Assembly (NCBI RefSeq): GCF_030684315.1
Contig: NC_081400.1
Span: forward strand, 3,527,795 to 3,591,794
Length of the DNA stretch: 64,000 nucleotides
Direction of reading: 5' to 3'
From: Stegostoma tigrinum
Lineage: Eukaryota
Numbering within the stretch: position 1 is the first letter of the stretch; every line of letters starts with the position of its first letter. This document shows positions 37,926 through 49,985 of the stretch, one piece after another. The position numbers and the translations under genes were made by a program. Under the pieces are notes generated by a model. That model saw nothing but the letters and a program-made list of their open reading frames with translations, made no database searches and was not told where the DNA came from.

Positions 37926-39678
37926 GTAGAGAGACGCAGTTAAAGATTCGATCCTGTTTTGACCCTCCTTCAGAACTGTGTGTGTCTGCATGTTTGTTTC
38001 ATTTGTCTGATTATGTATGTTTGTATGTATGTATGTTTGTTTGTACATGTGTCTTGTATGCACGTACCCTTTAGTGTATTGAGCCTTAATGTGTGCATTT
38101 GAGCATTTAAATGCCCCTCTGTGTAAGTGTAAAGCGTGCTTGTGTGCATTTGTGTGAGTGTGTGTATTTCTGCCTGCATCTGTATCTGTGAGCGCTTGCC
38201 ATAGCAATTGCTTTTTAGCATTCTGTTCTCAGGCAGTAGGTTCTGGGAAATGTTTTTGGATAAATCCAAATACATGATGAGGCAATTTTGAGGCATGAGA
38301 TCACCAGTGAACTGGGTGGCGGCTGCTTCTGCAGGGGTTTTACGCTCACACACTCCTACTCAACTCATAACAATATCAGACAATTGGGCTTAGGGCAAGG
38401 AACAGACATTCGGCCCCTTTAGGCTTTTTTGCCACCATTGAAGCAGTGGTTCAGAAGATCACTTTCTTGCCTGCCCACTTTAGCTTGATACCCTTTACAA
38501 TTTACAGGGATCTTTCACTTTCAAATCCCTGGCGGATTCAAAATCAAACTTAATTTAAGTTCATTTGTGATATCAGCGATTGAATGTCAGGGCAACGTTA
38601 CATTATGAATGCTCATTGCAATTGATTCACTGAAAGCAGTTCCAGGTTAACCCCGGGGAAGCGGATTGGCGACGGTACATTAACATCTGAAAGTGTTGGG
38701 GCAGATGGAAATGACTGTTAAAGGACATATGGAAATGTCCCTTTCGTAATACAGGAATCAACTGCAACTAAATGTTATCCTAGCCTGGTGAGACCACAAC
38801 GGTGTGCCCAATTCTGCGACCCAAATATTTAAAAGCGATATCAAGATCCTTGGAGAGAGCACGGAGGCTGATTCCTCAGAAAGGGACTCGGGAAGATATG
38901 CCTTCAGTTTGTGTGCAGAGATTGAAAGGAGCAGGGATCATTCTCCTCGGATCTTGGAACGTTCAGGGGAATGGTGAACTGACGTGTCCAAAATTGCAAG
39001 GATGGGTAATGGAGTTTTGATCGTGTGCATGAGGGAGAAACTGTTCCCGCGAGGTGAGGCAGCAGAAGGGGAGACGAACAGAAAACAATCACAACAAGAG
39101 CTGGGTGGAGGCAGATGGGAAGAATTTGATTGTTTCACCCACTCAGTTGTTGTGGTCTGGAATGTGCTGTCTGAAATAGTGGCAGACGCAAATTCAATGG
39201 AAGAAACTGGGGGCTCCGGGAAATATCAGAAAAGATCTCATTCATAAGGCTGTGGGTAAATGCAACACATTAGATAAACTGCCAAAGAATTGGCATGGAC
39301 AGAGCGGGAAAAATAGCCTCATCCTGCGCTTCATCAGTCTAAGATTCCGTATAAATTTTCACAATTTATTTTTGTAACTATTGAGTTGCACCACCTGTAC
39401 CGTAAGTCAATTTGTCTGAACCGACAACGTCAATGTAACTTCCTGAATCATGTGTCCCCTTCAATTCACTGCTCCCAGTAACATTAGCTGCTCTTCACCC
39501 TTAAATTTCACTATGAAATAAAGTCAACATTCCTATTAGATAATCCNNNNNNNNNNNNNNNNNNNNNNNNNNNNNNNNNNNNNNNNNNNNNNNNNNNNNN
39601 NNNNNNNNNNNNNNNNNNNNNNNNNNNNNNNNNNNNNNNNNNNNNNNNNNNNNNNNNNNNNNNNNNNNNNNNNNNNNN

Positions 39679-39771
39679 TTTCGGCCAATAACATTTTCAG
39701 AATCACCGCAGCCATCCTTATCGTAGTTTTCATCCTGATTTTTGCCTGTTCGACTAAAGGCTATCGATCAG
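39679..39771 (+). CDS. VJ-C1-TM receptor gene transmembrane exon (5' end lost in the N gap)
   Basis: SANNIFRITAAILIVVFILIFACSTKGYRS plus phase-1 G; donor GTAAGG at 39772. Confidence 0.75.
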
Positions 39772-39863
39772 GTAAGGCATTACCATTTTGCAGGATCCAT
39801 TGACGATTCTTTGTTCCTCACTGCCTATTCCCAGTTGTTAATTCCAGCTTCTTGTTCCGACAG

Positions 39864-39891
39864 AGAAAGGCAGGAGACCCCACTATAAAAA
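39864..39891 (+). CDS. Receptor cytoplasmic mini-exon
   Basis: ttcttgttccgacag acceptor; EKGRRPHYK in frame with the TM exon; donor GTGAGT at 39892. Confidence 0.7.
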
Positions 39892-40276
39892 GTGAGTATC
39901 TGAACTGTTTGCAAAGTGCATCACTGGGACTCCAAATGCCGACACAGCCAGCGATGCCGTCTTCTCACTAAAGAATAAAACAAAATCTCTCCAGTCATTT
40001 AAATCCCAGATAAAAACAAAACACTACATGTGATGGAAAACTGAGATAAATAGAGAACACAGGAGAAGACAAAGTAAACTATGACTCTTTTTAGGCCTGG
40101 TTTTTTCCAGCAGTCTCTAGGCTATTGAACCGGACACAGATTCCGGTTTTGCATTACCGTTCCAGATTGATAGTGAGACCGTTCAACAACGCCCTGCTCA
40201 GCTCATGCTGGCACCCAAGTGCGGATTTCCAAGAACTAACTGTAACACGCCACATTTTGTTCTTGTTTGCACCCAG

Positions 40277-40329
40277 CTTTCAATTCAGAGACAGAACACA
40301 GAGAGGCGAATGGGACCAAGGACAATTGG
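40277..40329 (+). CDS. Receptor cytoplasmic mini-exon 2
   Basis: ttttgttcttgtttgcacccag acceptor; NFQFRDRTQRGEWDQGQL in frame; donor GTAAGT at 40330. Confidence 0.6.
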
Positions 40330-40639
40330 GTAAGTGGGATTGACAAGATTGAACGTCCAGTGGGGAAACTCACGAGATTCATGAGTACGTTCCTCTCTGC
40401 AAAACTGCGCTGCAAACTCTCTAGCGCCTGTGGTCCCCTTAAAAATCATTAGTCTTTATCATTAGCGGTGATTTTTGGTCTGTGTATCCGTTAGTTCTCC
40501 TCCAAAATATAATTATTATATACATTATTCGTTGCAAGTACTAAGATTGCGTTTGTTTATAAATACCAGCAGTAACATTATACTTAATTTAAAATACCAA
40601 ATGTAACTAAGCATTTATAAATATCAAATGAACAACTGA

Positions 40640-41207
40640 AAATGAACAAATGAAAAAGTACAGTGCAGGGGGCAAGCCCTTCGGCCGTCCAAGCCAGTTG
40701 CGACCATCATGCCCTAATTAATCTAAAAGCAAGCTTGCCATCTTTCGCTCCGTATCCCTCTATTCCCTCCCTATTCATTTACCCATATAGCTAATTCTTA
40801 AATGTCATCAATGTTCCCGCTTCTAGCTCCTCTACTGGTAGTTCATACCAGGCTGCTACCACTCTCTGCATGGAAAACTTCCTTTGCACATCTCCCTTAA
40901 AATTGCCCCCCCTGACCTTGAACTTGTGCCGCCTGGGAAATAAGTCTCTGACCATCCACCCTATCTATGTCTCTCAGATTTTGCAGACTTCTATCAGGGC
41001 TCCTCTCAGCCGCCGTCTTTCCAATGAAAACAATCCTATTCTTTTCAACCTTTCCCCATAGTCAATGACCTGGAGACCAGGCAACATCCTGGTGAACCTT
41101 CTATGTACTCTCTCCAAAGCTTCCACATCCTTCTGGTAGCGTAGTGACCAAAGCTGCACACAATACTCCAAATGCGGCCGAAGAAGAATTTTATATAGCT
41201 GCAACAT
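40640..41207 (-). mobile_element. CR1 LINE 3' fragment
   Basis: LYKILLRPHLEYCVQLWS...LERVHRRFTRMLPG..LFSLERRRLRG. Confidence 0.9.
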
Positions 41208-41214
41208 GTAAAGA

Positions 41215-41665
41215 GATCAGAAGTAATATATCAGTATCAGTAACATACCTGCAACATAGCAGTAATAATATTGCATTTATGTGTAAATATTAGCACTTTC
41301 ACTATATTTAAGTATAAATACCAACAGTTACATTATAATTAATTTTAAATAATGTTGCATTTGTTTATGAATGCCAGCAGCAATATTATGCCTATTTTAA
41401 AATACCAAATGTGTAAATATCAGTAGTAAAATTGCATTTATTTCTAAATACCAGAAATTTATTTATATTTAAGTATAAATACCAATAGTTACATTTTGGA
41501 TATTTCTAAATACCAAAAATGTACCAATACCAGCCATTATATTGCAATAGTTAATAAATAACAGCAGTTGCATTCTACTTATTTTTAAGTACCAACAGTA
41601 ACATGTAATTAATTTTAAAATGCTAGCAGTGATATTTTATTTATTGATAAGTACTATCATAAATG
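41215..41665. repeat. AT-rich degenerate tandem repeat (also 40500-40630, interrupted by the CR1)
   Basis: Recurrent taaataccagcagtaacattat-like unit. Confidence 0.7.
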
Positions 41666-42599
41666 TTACTGTCGTGTCTGTTGTTTCCTTATTGTCTCAT
41701 TATGGTTTATAAATTTAGACTGTGTGTATGTATCACTATCAGATTATGCAGTGTTCGGTGTTAAGATCCCTAATGTCACGAATATAAATTAATGTTCTAA
41801 TCTTGAGCATATGGGAAATACTATTTCAATGTTTATGGTGGACACGAAACTTGCAAGACTTGCGATCTGTGCGGGAGTTGATAGTTTTCAAAAGGATGCA
41901 GGTAGCTTGATGGAATGGGCACAGAGGCACAAGATACATGCAAAGAAGTGTGAGCTGAATTATTTTGGACAGCTCAAAAAGAAGGGATTCAGACTAAGTG
42001 AAAAGAAAAGTAAGACCAAACTATATACTGGAAGAGTCTGATCTAGATGTAGATGTGCATTTATCATGGACTGTGTTGAGCCTGGTGAAGAGAGCAATTC
42101 ATACACACTGGGTCATGGAATGTATAAATTAGGATTAACAGATGACTATAACAATAAATGCAACTTACCCGGTATAAAACAATTTGACAGCCTCAAATTG
42201 TATATTGGGTAAATTCTGGCCACTGCCATACTCTATATAAAGAGCATGAAGTATTGAGAGACAGAGAGAGACAGAGAGAGGGGGAGGGAGACCGTCTTGA
42301 ATTGATTGATCATACTGGTTCCAGAGAAGAGGGAGTTCACTGACTGTGAACTATCATGGAATGTGCACTGTTCCCCTTTGTGAAGAGAATGTTTACAGGA
42401 GATTTCATAGAATTGTTTAAAATCATGAGTTGAATAGAGCAGACAGGGAAAAACAGTTCCATTGGCCCCCTCTGATGAAAGGTCTAGGCCCAAAAAGTCA
42501 GCTTTTGTGCTCCTGAGAGGCTGTTTGGCCTGCTGTGTTCATCCAACCCCACACTTGGTTACCTTCCATTAGCAAATGGTTTCCTTCATTAGGAAGAGG

Positions 42600-43975
42600 G
42601 ACAATAGTGAATTAGGTGACGTTGTCATATTTGGGAATAGTGGCATATTGATAGGAACAATGATGTATACGTAAGACTACAGTGCAATGGTAGGACAACA
42701 GAGTCTACCCATGGCAGGGTGGCACTGTGGCTCAGTGCTTAGCGTAGCTGCCTCAAAGAGCCAGGGTCTTTGGTTTGAATCCGACTTCGAGTGACTGTCT
42801 GTGTGGAATTTGCACATTCTTCCCATGTATGTGCAAGTTTCCTTTCAGTGCTCTGGTTTCCTCTCACAGTCCAAAGATGTGCAATTTAGACAGGTTGGCC
42901 ATGTTAAATTTCCCATAGTGTTCAGGGATGCGTAGGTTAAATGCATTAACCATGGGAATTGCAGGCATAGAGTCTTGGCAGGATGTTCTTTGGTGAGTCA
43001 GTATGGACTCAAAGGCCGAAATGTCTGCTCCACACTATAAGGGTTCTATGACTTAGGAGTATCATGAAGACAATAATGAGCTGTGAGAACAATGGTGGAG
43101 TGGTAGGGCGACATTGTTTTGGCATTACAACATTCTAGTGGTCGAACAACAGTGCATTAGTAGGACATTTACGTTTGCAGGGACTATTATGTACTGGGAG
43201 GACAATAGTGCATTGGAAGTATGATGCAATATTGGTAGGATAAAGGAGTATTGGGAGGTCAATGATATATTAGAAGAACTATGTCATATTGGGATGCCAA
43301 TGGCATATTAGAAGGACAATGTTGTATTGGGAGCACAATGTCATATTGGTAGGACAATGGCCTATTTGTTGGATAATGGTGTATCAGCAGGGCTACAGTG
43401 TATTGGTTGGACAACGTGTTACTGCTATGACAATGGTGTATCAGAAGGACAAGGGTACATGGGTGAACAATGCTTTATTGGCAGGACACTCTTGCATTTG
43501 GAGAATGATGCCTTTGGGGGATGGTGCTTTCCTGTGAGTACTATGTTTTGAGAGGACAGTGGTGTATTGGAAGACCAAAGGAATATGGGCTGATGAAGTG
43601 TCCCGACCCGAAATGTGGACTGTCTTGCTCCTCTGATGCTATGTTGGTAGTAGATTTGTATTTTGGAAACGCAATAGAGTGTTGGAAGGATAATGATATA
43701 TTGGAGAGATAATGGTGCATTGTAAAGCAAAGTCACATGGCAGGACAATATTTGTGGGAAACTGGCAGGTTGGGACAACAATGGTGTATTGAAAAACAAT
43801 GGAAAATTGATAGAATAATGGAATATTGATATGCCAATGGTGTACTGGAGAAATTATAGTGCAGTTATGTAAAAAGATAGCGCTCTTAGAAACTGCGGTG
43901 ACGCAGGAAAACATTGAATTTTGAGAGAACAATGATGTCTTGAAGGAAGAATGATACATTTGGAGGAACGTCGTC
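42600..43975. repeat. ~20-bp degenerate minisatellite, interrupted by a SINE
   Basis: Recurrent ggacaatggtgtattggtag-like unit. Confidence 0.75.
42717..43051 (+). mobile_element. HE1/V-SINE-like SINE, diverged
   Basis: gggtggcactgtggctcagtgcttagc...ggtttgaatcc...tgtgtggaatttgcacattct; homologous to 5230-5546. Confidence 0.85.
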
Positions 43976-44159
43976 ACCCTGGGGAGCTTTGATAGAGAGG
44001 TCTCTGTAATTAATTCTGGTTTAGTCAGATGATGATGAATGTTTTGATAACAATTTACCTATTAATACTCAGGAAACAACCATCAAACAGACATCACCTG
44101 GACCAATGTGGCTCCATTACAGGTATGCTCACTGAAAAGGTTGTCACATTACAAACTTT

Positions 44160-45215
44160 GACCTGCGGATGAGGAAAGGGTATAGGCTACTCTGGCCCTT
44201 GGGCCTGCGACTCCATTCAATGAGATCATTTCTGATCAAATTAATCTATATTCCTTTCAACTCATCGCTCATCAAGAATCTGTCTATATAATCTTTAAAA
44301 CATTCTGAGGTCCCACTTCCATCATATTTCATGGAAGCCAGTTCCAAACAGTCTGCAGTCTCTGTGGGAAATATATAATTCACCTCAACTCTGTCTTGTA
44401 ATTAGTGACCTCTCATTTTTAAACAGTGACCTGTAATTCCATAATCTTCCACGTGGGAAAATATCCTTTTTGCATTCAGAGTCAACAAAGTGTGGCGCTG
44501 CAGGAACACAACAGGTCAGGCAGCATCGGAAAAGCAGATGAGTAAACATTTTGCATCAGGACCAATCATCAGAACTGGGCTAATGAAGTGTCCCGACCCA
44601 AAATTCGACTGTCTCGTTCCCGTGATGCTGCCTGACCTGCTGTGCTCTTGCTGCTGTGCACTGTGTTAACTCTGACCCCAGAATCTGCAGTTCTTGCGAT
44701 CTCCATTTCACCCAGTCAAAACCTCTCAGTATCTCATATGTTTCAAGTAAGTCAACTCTTACTCTTTTCAGCTTCAGTGAATACAATCCGAGCCTGGCTA
44801 ACATTTCTTCATAAGACAACCCGTTCATCCCAGGTGTTAGTGTGGTAAAACGTCTCTGAACTGCCTTAAATACATTTGCATCCTTTCTTATAGGGAGACA
44901 ATCACTGTGCATGGTACTCCAGTTGGGGTCTCGCCAGTATCTTGTATGATTGAAGGATAGCCTTCCCACATCATATTCGATCTCATGATAAATTATCCTA
45001 TACCACTAGCTTTCCTGATTGCTTGCTGTACCTGCATACTAACCTTTCGCAATACATGCACAAGTATGCCCACACCCCTTCGCATCTCTGCATTTGCAAT
45101 ATCTCATTATATAGACTATCGTCTCTTTTCTATTCCTCCTGCTAAAATATATCCTATTTCATATTTGCCCCATTGAACTCCATTTGTCAGATATTTTTGT
45201 CTGCTCACATAACCT
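44160..45215 (-). mobile_element. Degenerate CR1 LINE fragment with a nested palindromic Penelope-derived insertion (~44480-44703)
   Basis: AVQRRFTTLTPGMNGLSYEEMLARLGLYSL..DLLETYEILRG. Confidence 0.8.
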
Positions 45216-47514
45216 ACTGTATGCCTTTGCAACCATATTCTGTGTTCATTAAAATTTCCAGTCTTACCTTGGAGTGAGCAATGAGGCATGAACCATTTGA
45301 TTTGTGATTCACCATAATTTTCAATGTATTTTCCCAGGCAGGGAGCAATTCCCCAAAAGTCTCCTTGTCGTCAGAGGCTAGGGAAAAGCGAAGAAAACAG
45401 AAAACGGGACGCCCGTGAAAATCCAGCCAGAAATCTGTCAAGGTGGCTTCAGGGAGGAGACTGTACCTATAATGGATTCCACAACCCTGTGGAAATCGGT
45501 ATGGAGACCCACAGATTCCCTACAAATTCTGAGGCTGTGCCTGTGCCTTCAGTTATGTCTCCATAAAGTTGTTTCGTATATGTGAGAGATCGGATTGTTG
45601 TGGATTAATTCAAGCTGTAATTTCTAAATAATTCAGACACATGTAAACTGTGAAGTTTATTGAATTGATACCTTGCTCCTAACCTATGGAGAGCTTCAAA
45701 ATGCAAGTATAGAGGCCAATAGCTGAAGAGCTATTGGGCCAATATGTCGTTTAGATTAGGAAATCAAATGTAACATAGCATAAGCTCTCCAAAAGAGCAG
45801 TTTTGTCACATTCGCCACCACCCTGGCCCTGTAACCTGCTCAACTCCTTGTACCTGCCTTTGGGATGTACTTCTTTGCTTAATAAAATGTTGTCTTACAC
45901 ATTTAGAATGAACAACCAATCCAGTATCCAATGCTGAATGTGGAAGAGAGTTCCCAAACTCTAGCACCTTTTGTGGTAGGAGTGTGTCCTAACATCTCTA
46001 ATGAATGGTCTGCCCTGATTCTCAAACTACGCCATCAGTTCTAGAAGCCCCACCCAGAGGAAATAGTTTAACGTTATCTACCCTATCTTTTCCGCTTAAA
46101 ATCTTATCCAGGATGAGATGGACAGGACAAAAAAAAACCCATTCCCGCCCCACAACCCTCAGAAATGCATTGTCCCTCATCCACACAGTAAAGGTGGCAG
46201 CTCAAAATCTCACTTGAATCTCAATGTTGCTGTGAGAGAAGTTGTGAACAATGTAGATTGAATGAGGCTCTGTGTGTGTGTGGTGCAAATACATGTCTAG
46301 GCGGTGAAACTGGGCCTATGTAGTCAACTCTCTGTGGTTTCCTGTTTACTACAATCGGCAGGTTGTCTCTGATTCAGTATGTGGATTACACAGCGCACCT
46401 GCTATTTATTCTTCTCGCTTCAGCAGAAACAGCCGAGAGCTATACATTATAACAAGGTGGCTGGGGCACCTAGAAAGGCAAAAGAATTCACAAAACGAAC
46501 ACCAGAAATTAGAGAAGAAAAGTAGAGAGTGAACATACTGCACTATTTTCTGCCTATGATCACTGCAAAAAGCAGACCATTCAGCTCATCTGCATCGTCT
46601 GGTTTCTCTGCTCCTTAGGAGCTTCTGCTATATGACCATAATCCCACTATTCCACTCTCCCTCATGAAATTGTGTAGCTTCCACTATCAAACTATTTTTG
46701 CCTTTTTGCTTTGTTGGCTCCATTTGGAATAATTCCCATATCCTGCACTGTTGAGAACTGAGACTTGTCTTTTGAGGAGATATTGAGTAGTTATGGCTTG
46801 TGTTTAGAACAATGAGAGGAGAACTAATTGAGGTGACTAACATGCGAAAGGAGATTGACAAAATCGACGCTGAGGGGATGTTCCCTTATGAGAGGTAATC
46901 TAGCCCGAGAGGCCGTTGTTTTCCGATAAATGGTAGGAAATTTAAAACAGATGAGAAGGAATAATTTCTCTCAAAAATGTTGCGAATATATGGCGTGCAT
47001 TGGATGCTGGATCACTAAGTAACTTTGAAGAAGAGATCAATTTTTAATTAAGAATGGGCTAAGAGGTTTAAGGGGAGTGGGCAAGAGAGCGAAGTTGAGG
47101 CCGTGATGAGATCAGCCATGATTGAATTTTATAGTGGAACAGGCTGGAGGGCTTCATGGCCTCCTTCTGTCCTGGATCTTACGTTCATATAAGACTCCCT
47201 GCAGAGGCTAAACAACCGTGCAAAGCCTGACTTTCTGTAATCGGAACCGAAGCTGTTGAGATAACATGATGAACACCTGCCTGCCACAAAGCATTTACCC
47301 ATACTACTTTAAGTAGCCCTTACTGCAGCGGCTGCGTCCTTTAGGGGGAAAATGATATATACAGCTGGCCCCTATAACAAATAAGGAAAGTGCAGCTGAC
47401 ATGGTCAAATCAGTCAGGATCTCATTGAATGGTGGAGCAGACTCGATTGGCTGTATGACCTAATTCTCTTCATGCATCTGAAAATCCTTCCAAGTCCAAA
47501 CTGTATGAGTCCAA

Positions 47515-47686
47515 GATAACAATGTGTGGAGCTGGATGAACACAGCAGGCAAAGCATCATCAGATGAAGGGTCTAGGCCCGAAACGTCAGCTTTTGTGCT
47601 CCTAAGATGCTGCTTGGCCTGCTGTGTTCATCCAGCTCCACACTTTGTTATCTCGGAATCTCCAGCATCTTCAGTTCCCATTATCT
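47515..47686 (+). mobile_element. Short Penelope-pLTR-derived insertion with a 5' inversion and 14-bp TSD
   Basis: ctgtatgagtccaa at 47501-47514 and 47687-47700; hammerhead-like core at ~47561-47590 (CAGAUGA variant). Confidence 0.85.
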
Positions 47687-47922
47687 CTGTATGAGTCCAA
47701 ACCTTTATTGTTCTGATCAACTGCGATTGAATGTCAAAATTGCGTAATTAACTCAGAACCAATCCTGAGACAGCGTGAATGATGACTTGAAGAACAAAAT
47801 AAAGAATAAACTGAAATAATGGGGTCAGTGTTGGTGGTGAGCTGGATTACGCTCTGTGTCAGGAAACAGCAGAGAAAAGAAGAAGCGATATCTATACAGC
47901 AAAGTCGCACACTGAATGTGAC

Positions 47923-48143
47923 AAAAACGGGAAGAACTGCGGATGCTGTACATCAGGAACAAAAACAGAAGTTGCTGGAAAAGCTCAGCTGGTTTGGCAG
48001 CATCTGTGAAGGAAAAATCAGAGTTAACGTTTCAGGTCCGGTGACCTTTCCTCAGAACTTTCTGGGGTTGACGTTGACTCCGATTTTTCCTTCACAGATG
48101 CTGCCACACCTGCCGAGCTTTTCCAGGAACTTCTGTTTTTGAT
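47923..48143. mobile_element. Palindromic Penelope-pLTR-derived insertion with a 12-bp TSD
   Basis: actgaatgtgac at 47911-47922 and 48144-48155; inverted arms. Confidence 0.85.
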
Positions 48144-49529
48144 ACTGAATGTGACCATCTCTTATTATTGTTCGGGGTAGGGAAAAGGTGGAACTCACGG
48201 ACTGAGATTCTGATCAACATGAGCAGGATATGAGGAAGGTTTTCAGAGCATCTGAGAAACCAGGCAATGAACCTACATACACAAGGTGGTTTTCCACTTG
48301 GGGTGGGGTGTGGCGGAGGGCAGATGGAGCGAGTCAGTTCGCAGTGCTCGTTCTATTCATTTTTTGGACATTGCCTGGCACATTTTGAAAGAAAGTCGAC
48401 TCCCTGGGAAAAATCAGCATAGTGCAAACCTTCGGGAGAGTTTTTTGTTGACAGATTCGGAGCACAGGCTCGGCATTTTCTGGAGGTGGACGGCATCCTT
48501 GTCTCTACGGCAGCGTTTGGCCCATATCTGTCGAAATCCTTCCTATTAAAGTCCCAACTGTAAGAAATTTATTCTTCTGATTGCATCACCCTTCACCTCT
48601 TCCTCTGGCAGCTCATTCCACACACTCAACAACCTATGTGACAAAAAGTTACCCCTTAGGTCACTTGGAAATCTTTTCCCTCTCACCACAAACCTATGCC
48701 CCTGTAATGTTGGACGCCCTACTCTGCGAATAAAGACCTTAGCTATTCACCCTATCCATGCCCTTCATGATATCATGCGCACCTCTATAACATCGCCAAT
48801 CAGCTTTGACTACTTGGAGAGGCACTTCTTTTAACCTGCAGGGTTACAAATCCAGAGATGAGAAGTAAGATGAAGCAAGGTAACTCAGTCTGGCATCAGG
48901 GACACTTTATGCCACATGTTCCACTAAATCTGTAACATTTCGAATCGTCATTGCTGCAGCGTTTCTTCCACACCCGGCCCATTTAACAACAAGACTAATG
49001 CATGTCAGGCCACCTTTGCAGGCATCATCAGCCGAAGTTGCAATGATTATGTCAAGCTTTGATGAAGATAGCAACTCCTCTAACTCGCTGAGCCACTGAA
49101 TTGCAGGATGGTAAATTTATGACTCCCTACGCACGAGAACCAGAGGTAATAATTTTCTTGCCCAGATTCCTTCCTCTCGGATTGTCGGGAAAATTGTTGG
49201 CGTTCTGACATTGTTTTATTGCCAGTCTTTAGTACCACTGGGTGGCACTTTTGTACGTGTTTACCGCTGGCAAACTGAACTGCCTGGCTATAACAGTTGC
49301 AGCTGTAATTGTCTGCCATTAGATGGATTTACCGAGTCTCCAGAAGATGCATATTCCTGCATATTCTCAAACAGCAGCACAGGTCTCTGTTCTAATGCTA
49401 CAACATTGGCAGCAAGCTTCAGTCCAACTCCCTCTCCTTCTCGATGTCACTCACAGTTCCCTCAGTCCCACCACGCTTTCCCTCACCCATTGTCTCTCCT
49501 AAACCTCTCTCTCTTACACCCAATGGTAG

Positions 49530-49985
49530 CCAGTGTCTATTCTCCCAATTCTCCTTGGGAAGGGGGCCTTGATTTTCTCCACCTCTTGTGGGAGTGAGAC
49601 TATCATTCTCACCACTCCCCATGGGACCGAATCCCCTATTCTACCCCACTCCTCGTGGGAGCAAATCCTTTTCTCCTGTCTCTCCGTGGGCGCAATTCAT
49701 CCATTTTCCCACTCCCTGTGGGGCTGAAACCAAGTCATCCCCACTCACCCCAGACTAAGTACCCCATTTTCCCGATCTTCTCATTTGACATACGCCCTGT
49801 GGAAGTGAGTGCAAATGCCTCCACTCTGCCGGGGGGAGCGAGCTCCCCATTCTACCCACTCCAAGATTCTTTCTGACTCTCTGTTGGAGCGAGTCCATCA
49901 TTCTCCCTATTCTCTGTGGAAGTGAGTCCCACATCATTCACATTCACCTGTGTAATGAGGTCCCTAGTTCTCACAATTCTCTTCC
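49530..49985. repeat. ~30-bp minisatellite
   Basis: ccccattctcccactccctgtgggagcgagt-like unit; shorter arrays at ~17400-17520 and ~31500-31660. Confidence 0.75.

Noticed and set aside
39691-39726. acattttcag as the acceptor of the TM exon
   Set aside because: Phase-1 splicing there reads ESPQPSLS* and misses the hydrophobic frame, so the real acceptor is probably in the gap. A secreted isoform cannot be excluded but has no support here.
35622-40329. Calling the receptor a TCR chain or a rearranged light chain
   Set aside because: No FGxG motif, a V-C intron of only 90 nt, no RSS or D/J arrays, a multi-exon cytoplasmic tail and no clear TCR transmembrane motif.
42600-43975. Regularly spaced repeats suggestive of a CRISPR array
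   Set aside because: Degenerate head-to-tail minisatellite with no unique spacers, in vertebrate DNA.
44874-44881. Perfect ATTTGCAT octamer
   Set aside because: It lies inside a CR1 fragment with no leader exon downstream.
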